From the NCBI GenBank assembly GCA_963770895.1, contig CAVYRF010000002.1, positions 1,344,001-1,408,000 on the forward strand: a DNA stretch of 64,000 nt. Direction: 5' to 3'. Origin of the DNA: an uncultured Acidobacteriota bacterium. Lineage in GTDB: Bacteria > Acidobacteriota > Thermoanaerobaculia > Multivoradales > UBA5704. Made by a program: the position numbers and the translations under genes. Below, one piece after another: positions 8,438-19,117 of the stretch. Within the stretch, counting starts at the first letter, position 1. Each line of letters begins with the position of its first letter. The notes under the pieces are model-generated. The model saw only the letters and a program-made list of their open reading frames with translations. It had not been told where the DNA came from and made no database searches.

Positions 8438-10471
8438 ATGGAAACGCTGGACATGGACGTCGATCAGCAGGTCATCAACACCATCCGCTTTCTGGCGGTG
8501 GACATGGTGGAAAAGGCGAACTCGGGGCACCCAGGCGCGCCGATGGGCCTGGCGCCGCTGGCGTACCTGCTGTGGGCGCGGCACATGCGCTTCGATCCCA
8601 CCGATTGCGACTGGCCGAACCGCGATCGGTTCGTGCTGTCCGCCGGCCATGCGTCGGCGCTGCTATACGCGATGCTGCACCTGACCGGGTATCCCCTGCC
8701 GATGGAGGAGCTGCAGCGCTTCCGCCAGCTCGACTCGCGCACGCCCGGCCACCCGGAATACGGGCACACGCAGGGCGTCGAGACGACCACCGGTCCGCTG
8801 GGCCAGGGGCTCGGCAACGCCGTCGGCATGGCGATCGCGCAGCGCAAGGCGGCCGCCGCCTTCAACCGCGACGGCTATTCGCTGTTCGACTACCGGGTGT
8901 GGGTGATCGCGAGCGACGGCGACATGATGGAGGGGGTGGGCGCCGAGGCGGCGTCGCTGGCCGGCCACCTGCAGCTGGGCAACCTGAAGGTCTTCTACGA
9001 CGACAACCACATCACCCTCGACGGCCCCAGCGCCCTGTCCTTCGGCGACGACGTGCCGAGCCGCTTTGCGGCGTACGGCTGGCGCGTCGAGCGGGTGCAC
9101 GACGTCAACGACCTGGCAGCGCTCGAGGCGGCGATCGCCGCCGCCGAAAGCGAGACCGAGCGGCCGTGCATGGTGGCGGTGCGCTCGATCATCGGCTACG
9201 GCGCCCCCACGAAGCAGAACACCGCCAAGGCGCACGGCTCGCCGCTGGGCAAGGCGGAGGCGGAGGGGGCCAAGAAGTTCTTCGGCTGGCCGCTCGATCC
9301 CACCTTCCTGGTGCCGCAGACGGCGCGCGACGCCTTCGCTCCCGCCCGCGAACGCGGCGCCCAGCTGCGGGCGGCCTGGCAGGACCTGTGGCAGCGCTAC
9401 CAGCAGGCCTTCCCGCAGGAGGGCGCCGACCTGGCCGGTCGCCTGGCCGGCCGCCTTCCCGACGGCTGGCATGAGGCGCTGCCGACGTTCGCGCCGGGCG
9501 ACGGACCGATCGCCACCCGCAACGCTTCGGGCAAGGTGCTCAACGCCCTGGCGCCCAAGCTGCCGCAGCTGATCGGCGGCGCCGCGGACCTGTCGTCCTC
9601 CAACGAGACGATGATCAAGAACGAGGCGAACTTCGAGCCGGACCAGCCCGCCGGCCGCAACTTCTTTTTTGGCGTCCGCGAGCACGCCATGGGGTCGGCG
9701 CTCAACGGCATCGCCGTGTCGCGCCTCTGGATACCCTACGGCGGCACCTTCCTCATCTTCTCCGACTACATGCGGCCGCCGGTCCGCCTTGCCTGCTTGA
9801 TGGGGCTGCAGGTGATCTACGTGTACACCCACGATTCGATCTTCCTCGGCGAGGACGGCCCGACGCACCAGCCGATCAGCCAGCTGGCGTCGTTGCGCTC
9901 GCTGCCGCACATGACGGTGATCCGGCCGGCCGACGCCAACGAAACGGCGGCGGCGTGGCGGGTGGCGATCGAAAACAGCCACGGTCCGACGGCGCTGGTG
10001 CTGACCCGGCAAAACCTGCCCGTCTTCGCCGAAACGGCCACCGCCGCCGTCAGCGGCGTGCCGCGCGGCGCCTACGTGCTGAGCGAGCCGGCTCCCGCCG
10101 CCGGCGCGGCAGCGGGCCAGCCGGACATCCTGCTGCTGGCCACCGGTTCCGAGGTTTCCCTGGCGTACGACGCAGCCCAGCGCCTGGCAGGCCAGGGAGT
10201 GCGGGCGCGGGTGGTGAGCATGCCCAGCTGGGAGCTGTTCGACCGCCAGGACGCCGCCTACCGCGACCAGGTGCTGCCGCCGGCGGTGCGCCGGCGCCTG
10301 GCGATCGAAGCCGCGGCGCCCTTCGGCTGGCACAAGTACCTTGGCCTCGACGGCGAGATGATCGGCATGGAAGGCTTCGGCGCCTCGGCGCCGGCCAAGG
10401 ACCTGTATCCGCGCTTCGGCTTCACCGTCGACAAGATCGTGGAGCGCGCCCTGCACATCATGAAACGCTGA
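8438..10471 (+). CDS. tkt: Transketolase
   Basis: NSGHPGAPMG, RDRFVLSAGH, GDMMEG ThDP motif, THDSIFLGEDGPTHQP; GGAGG RBS. Confidence 0.97.
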   Translation: METLDMDVDQQVINTIRFLAVDMVEKANSGHPGAPMGLAPLAYLLWARHMRFDPTDCDWPNRDRFVLSAGHASALLYAMLHLTGYPLPMEELQRFRQLDSRTPGHPEYGHTQGVETTTGPLGQGLGNAVGMAIAQRKAAAAFNRDGYSLFDYRVWVIASDGDMMEGVGAEAASLAGHLQLGNLKVFYDDNHITLDGPSALSFGDDVPSRFAAYGWRVERVHDVNDLAALEAAIAAAESETERPCMVAVRSIIGYGAPTKQNTAKAHGSPLGKAEAEGAKKFFGWPLDPTFLVPQTARDAFAPARERGAQLRAAWQDLWQRYQQAFPQEGADLAGRLAGRLPDGWHEALPTFAPGDGPIATRNASGKVLNALAPKLPQLIGGAADLSSSNETMIKNEANFEPDQPAGRNFFFGVREHAMGSALNGIAVSRLWIPYGGTFLIFSDYMRPPVRLACLMGLQVIYVYTHDSIFLGEDGPTHQPISQLASLRSLPHMTVIRPADANETAAAWRVAIENSHGPTALVLTRQNLPVFAETATAAVSGVPRGAYVLSEPAPAAGAAAGQPDILLLATGSEVSLAYDAAQRLAGQGVRARVVSMPSWELFDRQDAAYRDQVLPPAVRRRLAIEAAAPFGWHKYLGLDGEMIGMEGFGASAPAKDLYPRFGFTVDKIVERALHIMKR

Positions 10472-10569
10472 ACATGGGGGCCGGGTACTTCCAGTAACCG
10501 CCCCCCCTGCGCTACCATGCGGCGAGGGTTGATTGGGAACGCCTGCTGACACCTGACAGCCAAATAGAA

Positions 10570-11985
10570 ATGACTAATTCTCTGCCTCATGCGGCCGGCC
10601 CGCGCCGCTGCGGGCTGGGCTTGCGCCGCCAGGCTCGGCAAGCCCGGCCAGCTCAGCCAGCTCGGCCGGCCCGGAAACGGCGCCAAGCCCCCTACGCCTC
10701 GATCCCCGCCACCGTCGTTGTCGCCGGCGTGATGGCCATCGCCCTGGCCGGCTGCGGCGGCGGCCAGGCCGACAAGCAGAAGGCCGCGCCGCCGCCGCCG
10801 CCCGAAGTGGTGGTGGTCCAGGCCCTCCAACGCGACGTGCCGATCTACAACGAATGGATCGGCACCACCGAGGGCGACATCAACGCCGACATCCGGCCGC
10901 AGATCAGCGGCTACCTGCTGCGGCGGGTCTACCAGGAGGGCAGCTTCGTCCACCAGGGCGACCTGCTGTTCGAGATCGACCCCCGCCAGCTGCGCGCCGC
11001 GCTCGAACAGGCGCAGGCCAACCTGGGGCAGGGCCAGGCGACGCTCGCCAAGGCGCAGCGCGACGTGGCCCGCTACCGGCCGCTCGCCGCGCAGCGCGCG
11101 GTCAGCCAGCTGGAGCTGGACAATTCGATCGCCGCCGAAGAGGTGGCGGCGGCCAACGTCGAATCGCTCAAGGCGCAGGTCGACCAGGCCAAGCTCAACC
11201 TGTCGTGGACGCGGGTGACGGCGCCGATCAGCGGCATCGCCGGCCTTGCAGTGGCCCAGGTGGGCGACCTGATGAACCCGCAGACGGTGCTCGCCACCGT
11301 GTCGCGGGTGGACCCGCTGCGCGTGCGCTTCAACCTGAGCGAGCAGGAATACCTGCGCTTCCGCCAGAAGGGCGAAGCCGACCCCGCTGCGGCCAAGCGT
11401 TTTGCCAACCTGCAGATGATCCTCGCCGACGGCCAGACCTTCCCGCCGCAGGGCCGGCTGATCTTCACCGACCGGCAGGTGGACGTGAAGACCGGCACCA
11501 TCGGCGCGATCGGCCTCTTCCCCAATCCCGGCAACCTCCTGCGCCCCGGCCAATACGCCAAGGTGCGGGCGGAAGTGGACATGAGGCAGGGGGCGCTGCT
11601 GGTGCCGCAGCGCGCCGTCAACGAACTGCAGGGCGGCTACCAGGTCGCCGTCGTCGGCCCCGGCGACGTGGCGGAGGTGCGCAACGTCCAGGTGGGCCCG
11701 CGGCTGGGCGACCTGTGGGTCATCGACAAGGGGCTCCAGCCGGGTGACCGGGTGGTGGTCGCCGGCTACTCGCGCGTCAAGTCGGGCGCCAAGGTGACGC
11801 CCAAGTCGCCGCAGCAGGCCTCCGCCGTGTCGGGCGAGGGCTCCGGCTCGGGCGCCGGAGGGTCGGGCGGTTCCGGCGCGGGCGGTTCGGGCTCCGGGTC
11901 GGGATCGGGCTCCGACGCAGGCGGTTCGGGTTCGACTGCCGGCGGTTCGGGCTCCGGCTCCGGCAGCGCACCGGCGGGACGGTAA
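10570..11985 (+). CDS. RND efflux periplasmic adaptor (MFP) lipoprotein with Gly/Ser-rich tail
   Basis: Lipobox ALAGC, IRPQISG, APISG, LRPGQY, VPQRAV motifs; start uncertain. Confidence 0.92.
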   Translation: MTNSLPHAAGPRRCGLGLRRQARQARPAQPARPARKRRQAPYASIPATVVVAGVMAIALAGCGGGQADKQKAAPPPPPEVVVVQALQRDVPIYNEWIGTTEGDINADIRPQISGYLLRRVYQEGSFVHQGDLLFEIDPRQLRAALEQAQANLGQGQATLAKAQRDVARYRPLAAQRAVSQLELDNSIAAEEVAAANVESLKAQVDQAKLNLSWTRVTAPISGIAGLAVAQVGDLMNPQTVLATVSRVDPLRVRFNLSEQEYLRFRQKGEADPAAAKRFANLQMILADGQTFPPQGRLIFTDRQVDVKTGTIGAIGLFPNPGNLLRPGQYAKVRAEVDMRQGALLVPQRAVNELQGGYQVAVVGPGDVAEVRNVQVGPRLGDLWVIDKGLQPGDRVVVAGYSRVKSGAKVTPKSPQQASAVSGEGSGSGAGGSGGSGAGGSGSGSGSGSDAGGSGSTAGGSGSGSGSAPAGR

Positions 11986-11992
11986 GCCGGCC

Positions 11993-14900
11993 ATGTCGCG
12001 CTTCTTCATCGACCGGCCCATCGTCGCGATCGTCCTCGCGATCCTGACCGTCATTCTCGGCGTCGTGTCGATGCTCGGGCTGCCGATTGCGCAGTTCCCG
12101 CTGATCGTGCCGCCGCAGATCCAGATCCAGACCACCTACACGGGCGCCGACGCGGTGACGGTCGAGCAGACGGTGGCGACGCCGATCGAGCAGCAGATGA
12201 ACGGCGTCGACAACATGCTGTACATGTATTCGGTCAACGCCAGCGACGGCACGCTCACCCTGCGCGTGGTCTTCGACGTCGACACGGACGTCAACATCGA
12301 CCAGGTGAACGCGCTCAACCGCGTCGCCCAGGCGCAGCCGAACCTGCCCACCGACGTGAGCCAGTTCGGTTTGACCTACCGCAAGACCGCCGGCGTGCCG
12401 CTCATCCTGATCGGCCTCTACTCGCCGAAGGGCACGTACGACAGCCTGTTCCTGGGCAACTACGCGCTGATCAACGTCGACGACCCGCTGTATCGCGTCA
12501 ACGGCGTCGGCCAGGTGCTCAACTTCGGCGCCGGCGACTATTCGACGCGCATCTGGATCAAGCCCGACCAGCTGGCCAAGCTGGGCCTCACCGTGTCCGA
12601 CCTGATGCGGGCGATCCAGGCGCAGAACACCAACAACCCTTCAGGCCAGATCGGCGCCGAGCCGGCGCCGCCGGGGCAGGAGTTCACCTATTCGGTGCGC
12701 GCCCAGGGCACGCTGATCACCCCCGAACAGTTCGGCAACGTGGTGGTGCGGCTCAACCCCGACGGATCGATCGTGCGGCTCAAGGACGTGGCGCGCATCG
12801 AGCTGGGAGCGCTCTATTACAAGCAGGTCGCCCGCCTCAACGGCCAGCCGTCCAGCATCATCGGCATCTATCAGCTGCCCGGCTCGAACGCCCTGGCGGT
12901 CGTGCAGGGCGTGCGCAAGGTGATGGAGCAGCTCAAGCAGCGCTTCCCCAACGACCTCGACTATTCGGTTTCGCTCGACACCACGGTGGCGGTCACCGAA
13001 GGCATCAAGGAGATCCTGACCACGCTGCTCGAAGCGATCGGCCTGGTCGTGCTGGTGGTCTTCATCTTCCTGCAGAACTGGCGCGCGACGTTGATCCCGC
13101 TGATCGCCGTGCCGGTGTCGCTGATCGGCACCTTCGCGGTCTTCCCGATGCTCGGCTTCTCGATCAACACCCTGTCGCTGTTCGGCCTGGTGCTGGCCAT
13201 CGGCTTGGTGGTCGACGACGCCATCGTCGTCGTGGAAGCGGTGGAGCACAACATCGAAGAGGGGCTGGCGCCGCGCGACGCGACGATCAAGGCGATGGAT
13301 CAGGTTTCGGGGCCGGTGGTCGCGATCGCGCTCATCCTCGCCTCGGTGTTCCTGCCGGTGGCGTTGATGAGCGGCATCCAGGGGCGCCTCAACAAGCAGT
13401 TCGCCGTCACCATCGCCATCTCGGTGTTGATCTCGGCGTTCAACGCTCTCAGCCTGTCGCCGGCGCTGTCCGCCATGCTGCTCAAGCCGCGCAAGGAATC
13501 GAAAGGGCTGCTGGCCCGCTTCTTCAAGGGCTTCAACCGCTACTTCGAGAAGACCACCAACGGTTACATCAAGGCGTCGGGCTTCCTCATCCGCAAGTTC
13601 GTGGTCGGCCTGTTGATCCTGGTCGCCTTCGGCGTGCTCGCTTTCATTTTCGCCAAAAAGACGCCGTCGAGCTTCCTGCCGGACGAAGACCAGGGCTACT
13701 TCTTCCTGAACATCCAGCTGCCCGACGCTTCGTCGTTGCAACGCACCGACCTGGCCTTGCGCAAGGTGGACACCATCCTCAAGCAGACGCCAGGGGTGAG
13801 CAACGCCACGACCATCGCCGGCTTCAGCCTGCTGTCCTACGTCTCGGCCAGCTATTACGGCTTCTACTTCGTGTCGCTCAAGCCGTGGGATCAGCGCTCC
13901 GGCGGCCAGACGGCACAGGAGCTGATCGCGCGCATCAACCGCGACCTCAAGGCGCAGATCCCCGAAGCCACCTCCGCCTTCGGCTTCCTGCCGCCGGCGA
14001 TCCCCGGCCTGGGCCAGGCCGGCGGCTTCTCGTTATGGTTGCAGGACCAGAGCGGCGGCACGCCCGACTTTCTGTATCAGAACCTGCAGCGCTACCTGAC
14101 CGCGGCGCGCAAGCGGCCCGAGCTGCAGAACGTCAACGCCGTCTTCCGCGCCGGCGTGCCGCAGCTCTTTGTCGACGTCGATCGCGACAAGGTGATCAAG
14201 CAGGGCGTGCCGATCACCGACGTCTACCAGACGCTGCAGGCGTTCCTGGGCGGCATCTACGTCAACCAGTTCAACCGCTTCGGCCGCCAGTGGCGCGTCT
14301 TCCTGGCGGGCGAGGCGGCCTCGCGCGCCGATGCGCGCCAGATCGATCAGTATTACGTGCGCAACAACGACGGCAACATGGTGCCGCTGTCGGCACTGGT
14401 CACCACGCGCAGCATCGCGGGCCCCGAATACACCACCCGCTTCAATCTGTTCCGCTCCGCCCAGATCACCGGCTCGGCATCCGAAGGGCACAGCTCGCAG
14501 CAGGCGATGGCGGCGCTCGAGGAGGTCGCCAAACAGGTGCTGCCGCGCGACATGAGCTACACCTGGTCCGACCTGTCCTACCAGGAGCAGCAGGCCCAGG
14601 GGACGGAGGGCAGGGTCCTGATGCTGTCGCTGGTGTTCGTGTTCCTGATCCTGGCGGCGCTCTACGAAAGCTGGTCGCTGCCGTTCAGCGTCCTGCTGTC
14701 GGTGCCGGTCGCGGTCTTCGGCGCCTTCGCGGGCCTGCTGATGCGGCATTTCGACTTCGACATCTACGGCCAGATCGGGCTGGTCATGCTGATCGGCCTG
14801 GCGGCCAAAAACGCCATCCTGATCGTCGAGTTCGCCAAGGACGGCCTGGACAACGGCAAGCCGCTGGTGGACGCCGCGCTGGAGGGGGCGAAGCTGCGCC

Positions 14901-15313
14901 TGCGCCCCATCCTGATGACCTCGTTCGCCTTCATTTTCGGCTGCCTGCCGCTGTGGGCGGCCACCGGCGCCGGCGCCGCGGCACGGCAGATCCTGGGCAC
15001 CACCGTGATCACCGGCATGATGGCGGCGACCTGCCTCGGCATCTTCCTGATCCCGGTGCTGTTCGTGGTCGTCGAGCGCCTCTCCGGCGCCGAGCGCAAG
15101 CACGGCAAGGGCAAGCCTGGCGAAGGCGGCCAGCCGCCGGACCAGGGGGGAGGCGAGCGGCACGGACGCGATGGGCGGCAGGACCGCGACGAACGGCAGG
15201 ACCAGGACTACCAGGACGGCCAGAGCGGCCGGAGGGAGGGACGCGCCGACCCGCGGGACCACGCCGCCCCCGCTCCGACCGCGCCGACCGCCCCGGCGGG
15301 CGCACACCGATGA
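11993..15313 (+). CDS. RND efflux permease (AcrB/HAE1 family)
   Basis: MSRFFIDRPI, GLVVDDAIVVVE, AKNAILIVEFA, RLRPILMTS. Confidence 0.97.
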   Translation: MSRFFIDRPIVAIVLAILTVILGVVSMLGLPIAQFPLIVPPQIQIQTTYTGADAVTVEQTVATPIEQQMNGVDNMLYMYSVNASDGTLTLRVVFDVDTDVNIDQVNALNRVAQAQPNLPTDVSQFGLTYRKTAGVPLILIGLYSPKGTYDSLFLGNYALINVDDPLYRVNGVGQVLNFGAGDYSTRIWIKPDQLAKLGLTVSDLMRAIQAQNTNNPSGQIGAEPAPPGQEFTYSVRAQGTLITPEQFGNVVVRLNPDGSIVRLKDVARIELGALYYKQVARLNGQPSSIIGIYQLPGSNALAVVQGVRKVMEQLKQRFPNDLDYSVSLDTTVAVTEGIKEILTTLLEAIGLVVLVVFIFLQNWRATLIPLIAVPVSLIGTFAVFPMLGFSINTLSLFGLVLAIGLVVDDAIVVVEAVEHNIEEGLAPRDATIKAMDQVSGPVVAIALILASVFLPVALMSGIQGRLNKQFAVTIAISVLISAFNALSLSPALSAMLLKPRKESKGLLARFFKGFNRYFEKTTNGYIKASGFLIRKFVVGLLILVAFGVLAFIFAKKTPSSFLPDEDQGYFFLNIQLPDASSLQRTDLALRKVDTILKQTPGVSNATTIAGFSLLSYVSASYYGFYFVSLKPWDQRSGGQTAQELIARINRDLKAQIPEATSAFGFLPPAIPGLGQAGGFSLWLQDQSGGTPDFLYQNLQRYLTAARKRPELQNVNAVFRAGVPQLFVDVDRDKVIKQGVPITDVYQTLQAFLGGIYVNQFNRFGRQWRVFLAGEAASRADARQIDQYYVRNNDGNMVPLSALVTTRSIAGPEYTTRFNLFRSAQITGSASEGHSSQQAMAALEEVAKQVLPRDMSYTWSDLSYQEQQAQGTEGRVLMLSLVFVFLILAALYESWSLPFSVLLSVPVAVFGAFAGLLMRHFDFDIYGQIGLVMLIGLAAKNAILIVEFAKDGLDNGKPLVDAALEGAKLRLRPILMTSFAFIFGCLPLWAATGAGAAARQILGTTVITGMMAATCLGIFLIPVLFVVVERLSGAERKHGKGKPGEGGQPPDQGGGERHGRDGRQDRDERQDQDYQDGQSGRREGRADPRDHAAPAPTAPTAPAGAHR

Positions 15314-16971
15314 GAGCCCCGCGCGCCCGCTTCCTGTCGCCGCTGCTCGCCGCCGCGGTTCTCGCCGGCTGTACGGTCGGACCGACCTACCAGCGTCCGG
15401 AGATCACCTCGCCTGACCGGTTCTACGGCCAGGCCGCCGCCGCCCAGGCCGCCTCGCTGGCCGACCTGCCCTGGTGGCAGGTCTTCCAGGATTCGGCGCT
15501 CCAGTCGCTGATCCAGGAAGCGCTGCGCGACGGCTACGACGTCAAGATCGCCGCCGCCCGCGTGGCGGAGGCCCGCGCCCGCTGGGGCATCGCGGGAGCC
15601 GCGTTCTACCCGCAGGTCTCCTACCAGGGGGAGTTCGCCCGCGAGCGGTTCTCCGGCTACCAGCCGGGCGTGCCGTCCAACGGCGCCGTCAGCGACCTGG
15701 TGAGCGCCACCGTGCCCAACGTCTCGTGGGAGATCGACATCTGGGGCCGCGTGCGACGCCTCAATGAATCGGCCAAGGCGCAATACTTTGCCACCGAAGA
15801 GGCGCGGCGCGGCGTCGTGCTCACCCTGGTCTCCGAGGTCGCGGCAGCCTATTTCGACCTGCGCCAGCTCGACGAAAACCTCGAGATCGCGCGCCGCACC
15901 ACGGCCGAGTTCCAGGATACCTACAACCTGTTCAACGCTCAGCTCCAGGGCGGCATCGCCTCGGCGCTCGACACCGCCGACGCCGAAGCGGCATGGGCCA
16001 ACGAGGCGGCCCAGGTGCCGCTGATCGAAAGCCAGATCGCCGCCAAGGAGAACCAGCTGGCGGCGCTCCTGGGGCGCAATCCCGGCCCCATGCCGCGCGG
16101 CACGCCGCTGTTCCAGCAGCCCTTCCCGCCCGAGATCCCGCCGGGTCTCCCCGCGGCCCTGCTGCTGCGGCGGCCCGACCTGCGCCAGTCCGAGCAGCAG
16201 CTGATCTCCGCCAACGCCAACATCGGCGTCGCCGAAGCCGCCTTCTACCCCACCATCAGCCTCACCGGCATGTTCGGGGGCCTCAGCCCCGACCTGACCC
16301 ACCTGTTCACCAAGGGCGAAACCTGGTCCGTCGGCGCCGGCCTCACCGGTCCCATCTTCGAGGGCGGCAGCCTGCGAGCCCAGTACAACGTCGCCAAGGC
16401 GCAGTTCGACCAGGCGCGCCTGCGCTACGAGCAGCAGGTCAACAACGCCCTGGGCGAAGTCTCCACCTCGATCGTCGCCCTGGGCAAGCTCGCGGACGCC
16501 ACCGTCCAGCGCCAGCGCGGCGTCCACGCCTACCAGGAAGCCGTCCGTCTGGCCACCCTGCGCTACACCTCGGGCCTGTCCGCCTACTTCGAAGTCATCG
16601 ACGCGCAGGAAAATCTGCTCACGTCGGAGAACAGCCTGGCGCAGACCCAGCACGACCGCCTCATCTCCCTGGTCAACCTCTACAAAGCCCTGGGCGGCGG
16701 CTGGCAAGTCGAAGAAAAATCAGTCCCACCCCCTGCCACCGGCGCCGCCGCTCCGCCCCCCGCCGCGGCCGGACCCGGATCGGGAGCCGAAACCGGAACC
16801 GCAGGAACCGCGGGTCCAGGAGGAGTCCCAGAGCCCTCCGCGCCAGCCACCCCGCCGGGCGCGACACCAGCCACTCAGGCGCCGCCCCCGGTGCCTGCCG
16901 AGCCCTCGACCACTCCGCCGCCACCATCGTCCGCCTCCCCAGCAGCCGCCCACCTGGGCGACCAGCTCTAG
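15310..16971 (+). CDS. Outer-membrane efflux lipoprotein (OprM/NodT family)
   Basis: LAGC lipobox, WEIDIWG, LLRRPD, LYKALGGGW; ATGA overlap with the permease stop. Confidence 0.95.
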   Translation: MRAPRARFLSPLLAAAVLAGCTVGPTYQRPEITSPDRFYGQAAAAQAASLADLPWWQVFQDSALQSLIQEALRDGYDVKIAAARVAEARARWGIAGAAFYPQVSYQGEFARERFSGYQPGVPSNGAVSDLVSATVPNVSWEIDIWGRVRRLNESAKAQYFATEEARRGVVLTLVSEVAAAYFDLRQLDENLEIARRTTAEFQDTYNLFNAQLQGGIASALDTADAEAAWANEAAQVPLIESQIAAKENQLAALLGRNPGPMPRGTPLFQQPFPPEIPPGLPAALLLRRPDLRQSEQQLISANANIGVAEAAFYPTISLTGMFGGLSPDLTHLFTKGETWSVGAGLTGPIFEGGSLRAQYNVAKAQFDQARLRYEQQVNNALGEVSTSIVALGKLADATVQRQRGVHAYQEAVRLATLRYTSGLSAYFEVIDAQENLLTSENSLAQTQHDRLISLVNLYKALGGGWQVEEKSVPPPATGAAAPPPAAAGPGSGAETGTAGTAGPGGVPEPSAPATPPGATPATQAPPPVPAEPSTTPPPPSSASPAAAHLGDQL

Positions 16972-17125
16972 AAACAGTAGTCCGACGCCGGCGCGGCGCC
17001 AGCGCCGCGCCGGCCCTGGCTGCACCAGCCGGAGGGTACACTGTCACCGGGGCCTGCCGGGGCAGAGGGCGGACGCCGATCTGGGCGCCGCCGAACCAGG
17101 CGGGTGCGCGCGAGGGGTCGAGACC

Positions 17126-18019
17126 GTGCCTGCGACTGCCATATCATCATCTGAGACTGCCGCCCGCGATCTGCGGGTGGTCAGCCATAGCTCCGGGCAC
17201 GGCCGGTGGCAGTTTGTATACGGGGAGGCGGCGCCGCGGCTGCGCCCGCTGCTGGCCGGGCCGTACCTGGGGTATTCCGAAAGCGCCACCAGCTTCCTGC
17301 GGCGCATCGAGGTGGCCAACGCCAACGCGGTGCTGATCGTCGCCTTTTCACCGCTCTACCTGATCGACCCGCTGCAGCCAGCCGCTGCCGTCGAGTGCCG
17401 CGCCTTCGTCGGCGGCATCAGCGACTCGCACGTCATCACTGAAACCGAACGGGAGTCGCTGGGCTTGCAGGTGGACCTGACGCCGCTCGGCGCCTACCAG
17501 CTGTTCGGACTGCCGATGAGCGACACCACCAATCGCGTCGTGACGCTCGACGACATCTTCGGCCACGACGGCCGCCGCCTGAGCGAACGCCTGCAAGCCG
17601 CGCCCACCTGGGAAGCCCGCTTCGCCATCCTGGACGCCTTCCTATGCGCCCGCCTGGACCGCGCGCGAGCCCCGTCCGCCGCCGTAGGCTGGGTCTGGGA
17701 TCGCCTGCAGGAAACCGCCGGCAACGCCAGCATCGCCGATCTGGCCGCCGCCGTCGGCTGGAGCCGCAAGCACCTCATCGAGCGCTTCCGCGACCAGGTC
17801 GGCATGCCGCCCAAGCTCTACGCCCGCCTGCTGCGCTTCCAGCGCGTCATCCAACTGCTCAAACGCGGCACCCCCGTCCGCTGGGCCGACCTGGCCCTGG
17901 ACTGCGGCTACTACGACCAGGCCCACTTCATCCGCGACTTCCGCCAGTTCGCCGGCAAAACCCCCACCGACTTCCAGCCCCGCATCCTCCCCGACAGCGG
18001 CGGCATCATCGGCGACTAG
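17126..18019 (+). CDS. AraC-family transcriptional regulator
   Basis: C-terminal HTH with GYYDQAHFIRDFRQFAGKTP. Confidence 0.92.
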   Translation: MPATAISSSETAARDLRVVSHSSGHGRWQFVYGEAAPRLRPLLAGPYLGYSESATSFLRRIEVANANAVLIVAFSPLYLIDPLQPAAAVECRAFVGGISDSHVITETERESLGLQVDLTPLGAYQLFGLPMSDTTNRVVTLDDIFGHDGRRLSERLQAAPTWEARFAILDAFLCARLDRARAPSAAVGWVWDRLQETAGNASIADLAAAVGWSRKHLIERFRDQVGMPPKLYARLLRFQRVIQLLKRGTPVRWADLALDCGYYDQAHFIRDFRQFAGKTPTDFQPRILPDSGGIIGD

Positions 18020-18029
18020 CTGGCGCGCG

Positions 18030-18458
18030 TCAGGCGCGGCCGGTGTAGTTGGGGCCGAAGAAGATGAGGAGGGAGAGGCCTTCGGAGTGGTCGAAGTCGT
18101 GGAAGGTGTGGGGGGTGTCGCGGGGGACGAAGATGAGGTCGCCGGTGACCAGGGGGTGGCGCTTGCCGGCGACGGTGAGGGCGCCGCTGCCGGCAAGGAC
18201 GTAGTAGAGCTCGTCCTGCTTGTGGGGCTGCTGGTTGTCGTGATCGCCGGGCTTGAGGTGCCAGAGGTGGGCGCTCAGGGTGTCGAGGGCCGGGGGCAGC
18301 GGGTCGGAGCCATTGCCTTCCATGTAGGTGCCGATGAGGGTCTTGAAGCTGGCGCCCGAGCGCAGGATGGCGGGGAGGTTCCAGGTCTGGCCGGGGGCTG
18401 GCGCCGGATGGGCGGCGGTGCCGGGTTGGGGGTGGGGCGAATCGGTTGGCGCGGTCAC
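18030..18458 (-). CDS. Cupin domain protein
   Basis: QPHKQDELYYVLAGSG and GDLIFVPRDTPHTF cupin motifs. Confidence 0.88.
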   Translation of the reverse strand: MTAPTDSPHPQPGTAAHPAPAPGQTWNLPAILRSGASFKTLIGTYMEGNGSDPLPPALDTLSAHLWHLKPGDHDNQQPHKQDELYYVLAGSGALTVAGKRHPLVTGDLIFVPRDTPHTFHDFDHSEGLSLLIFFGPNYTGRA

Positions 18459-18540
18459 GACGATACTGTACAGCAGGGTGGTGGGGGTGGGCGGCGCGGC
18501 GGCTGGCGGCTACCGGAGGACGGCTGGCGGCCGGGCTGTT

Positions 18541-18564
18541 AACCTTGGGACGGGGTTCTCCGTT
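18541..18564 (+). promoter_or_regulatory. Putative ECF-sigma promoter AAC-N17-CGTT
   Basis: AACCTTGGGACGGGGTTCTCCGTT about 60 nt upstream of an operon encoding an ECF sigma factor. Confidence 0.5.
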
Positions 18565-18622
18565 GGTTGGCTAGAGGGTGGCATAACGCGCCCACAACCT
18601 GACGACTGCCAAGGAGACTGCC

Positions 18623-19093
18623 ATGGCCTACATGGTTCCAATCATTCTCGTGCCGGGGTTCTTCATCGCCGTGGTGTTGGCGATCCGTTTGGTGGTGACC
18701 AATCGGCGCCGGATCCAGATCGCGACCCTGCATGCCGAGCTGCACCGGCACCTGTTGGAAAAGTTTGGCTCGGCGAGCGAAGCGCTCCAGTATCTGCAGA
18801 GCGATGCCGGCAAGAGCGTGCTGGACGCGGCATCGGTGGAGCAGGCCAATCCGTTCGGCCGCGTGCTGGGCTCGGTCCAGGCCGGGTTGATCACGCTGGG
18901 TGCGGGCATCGCCATGCTGATCAGCCAGCGGGTGATCCGAGACGGCGACGCCGCCGATGGTTTCTACGTCATGGGCATGCTGGGCTTGATGATCGGGATC
19001 GGTTTCCTGGTGTCGGCGGCGGTCGCCTACGTACTGATCCGCCGCTGGGGACTGGTGTCGCGTCCCAGCCAGGCACACAGTGACGCGGCCTGA
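18623..19093 (+). CDS. Membrane protein with ~3 TM helices, associated with an ECF sigma factor
   Basis: AAGGAG RBS, three hydrophobic segments, first gene of the sigma operon. Confidence 0.8.
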   Translation: MAYMVPIILVPGFFIAVVLAIRLVVTNRRRIQIATLHAELHRHLLEKFGSASEALQYLQSDAGKSVLDAASVEQANPFGRVLGSVQAGLITLGAGIAMLISQRVIRDGDAADGFYVMGMLGLMIGIGFLVSAAVAYVLIRRWGLVSRPSQAHSDAA

Positions 19094-19117
19094 CGACCTG
19101 CATAGATCCAGACCCTG

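Noticed and set aside
11835-11970. Gly/Ser tandem-like repeats, also the GFG(S/N)S repeats at ~43930-43992 and Pro/Ala tracts in several proteins
   Set aside because: In-frame low-complexity tails and linkers, common throughout this window; no sign of a separate element.
13885-15309. N-terminal extension making the outer-membrane factor 1028 aa
   Set aside because: It overlaps the RND permease out of frame; the signal peptide and lipobox begin at 15310.
10570-16971. RND pump as a dedicated exporter for the peptides
   Set aside because: Ordinary HAE1-type trio separated from the peptides by tkt; double-Gly peptides normally use C39 peptidase ABC transporters.
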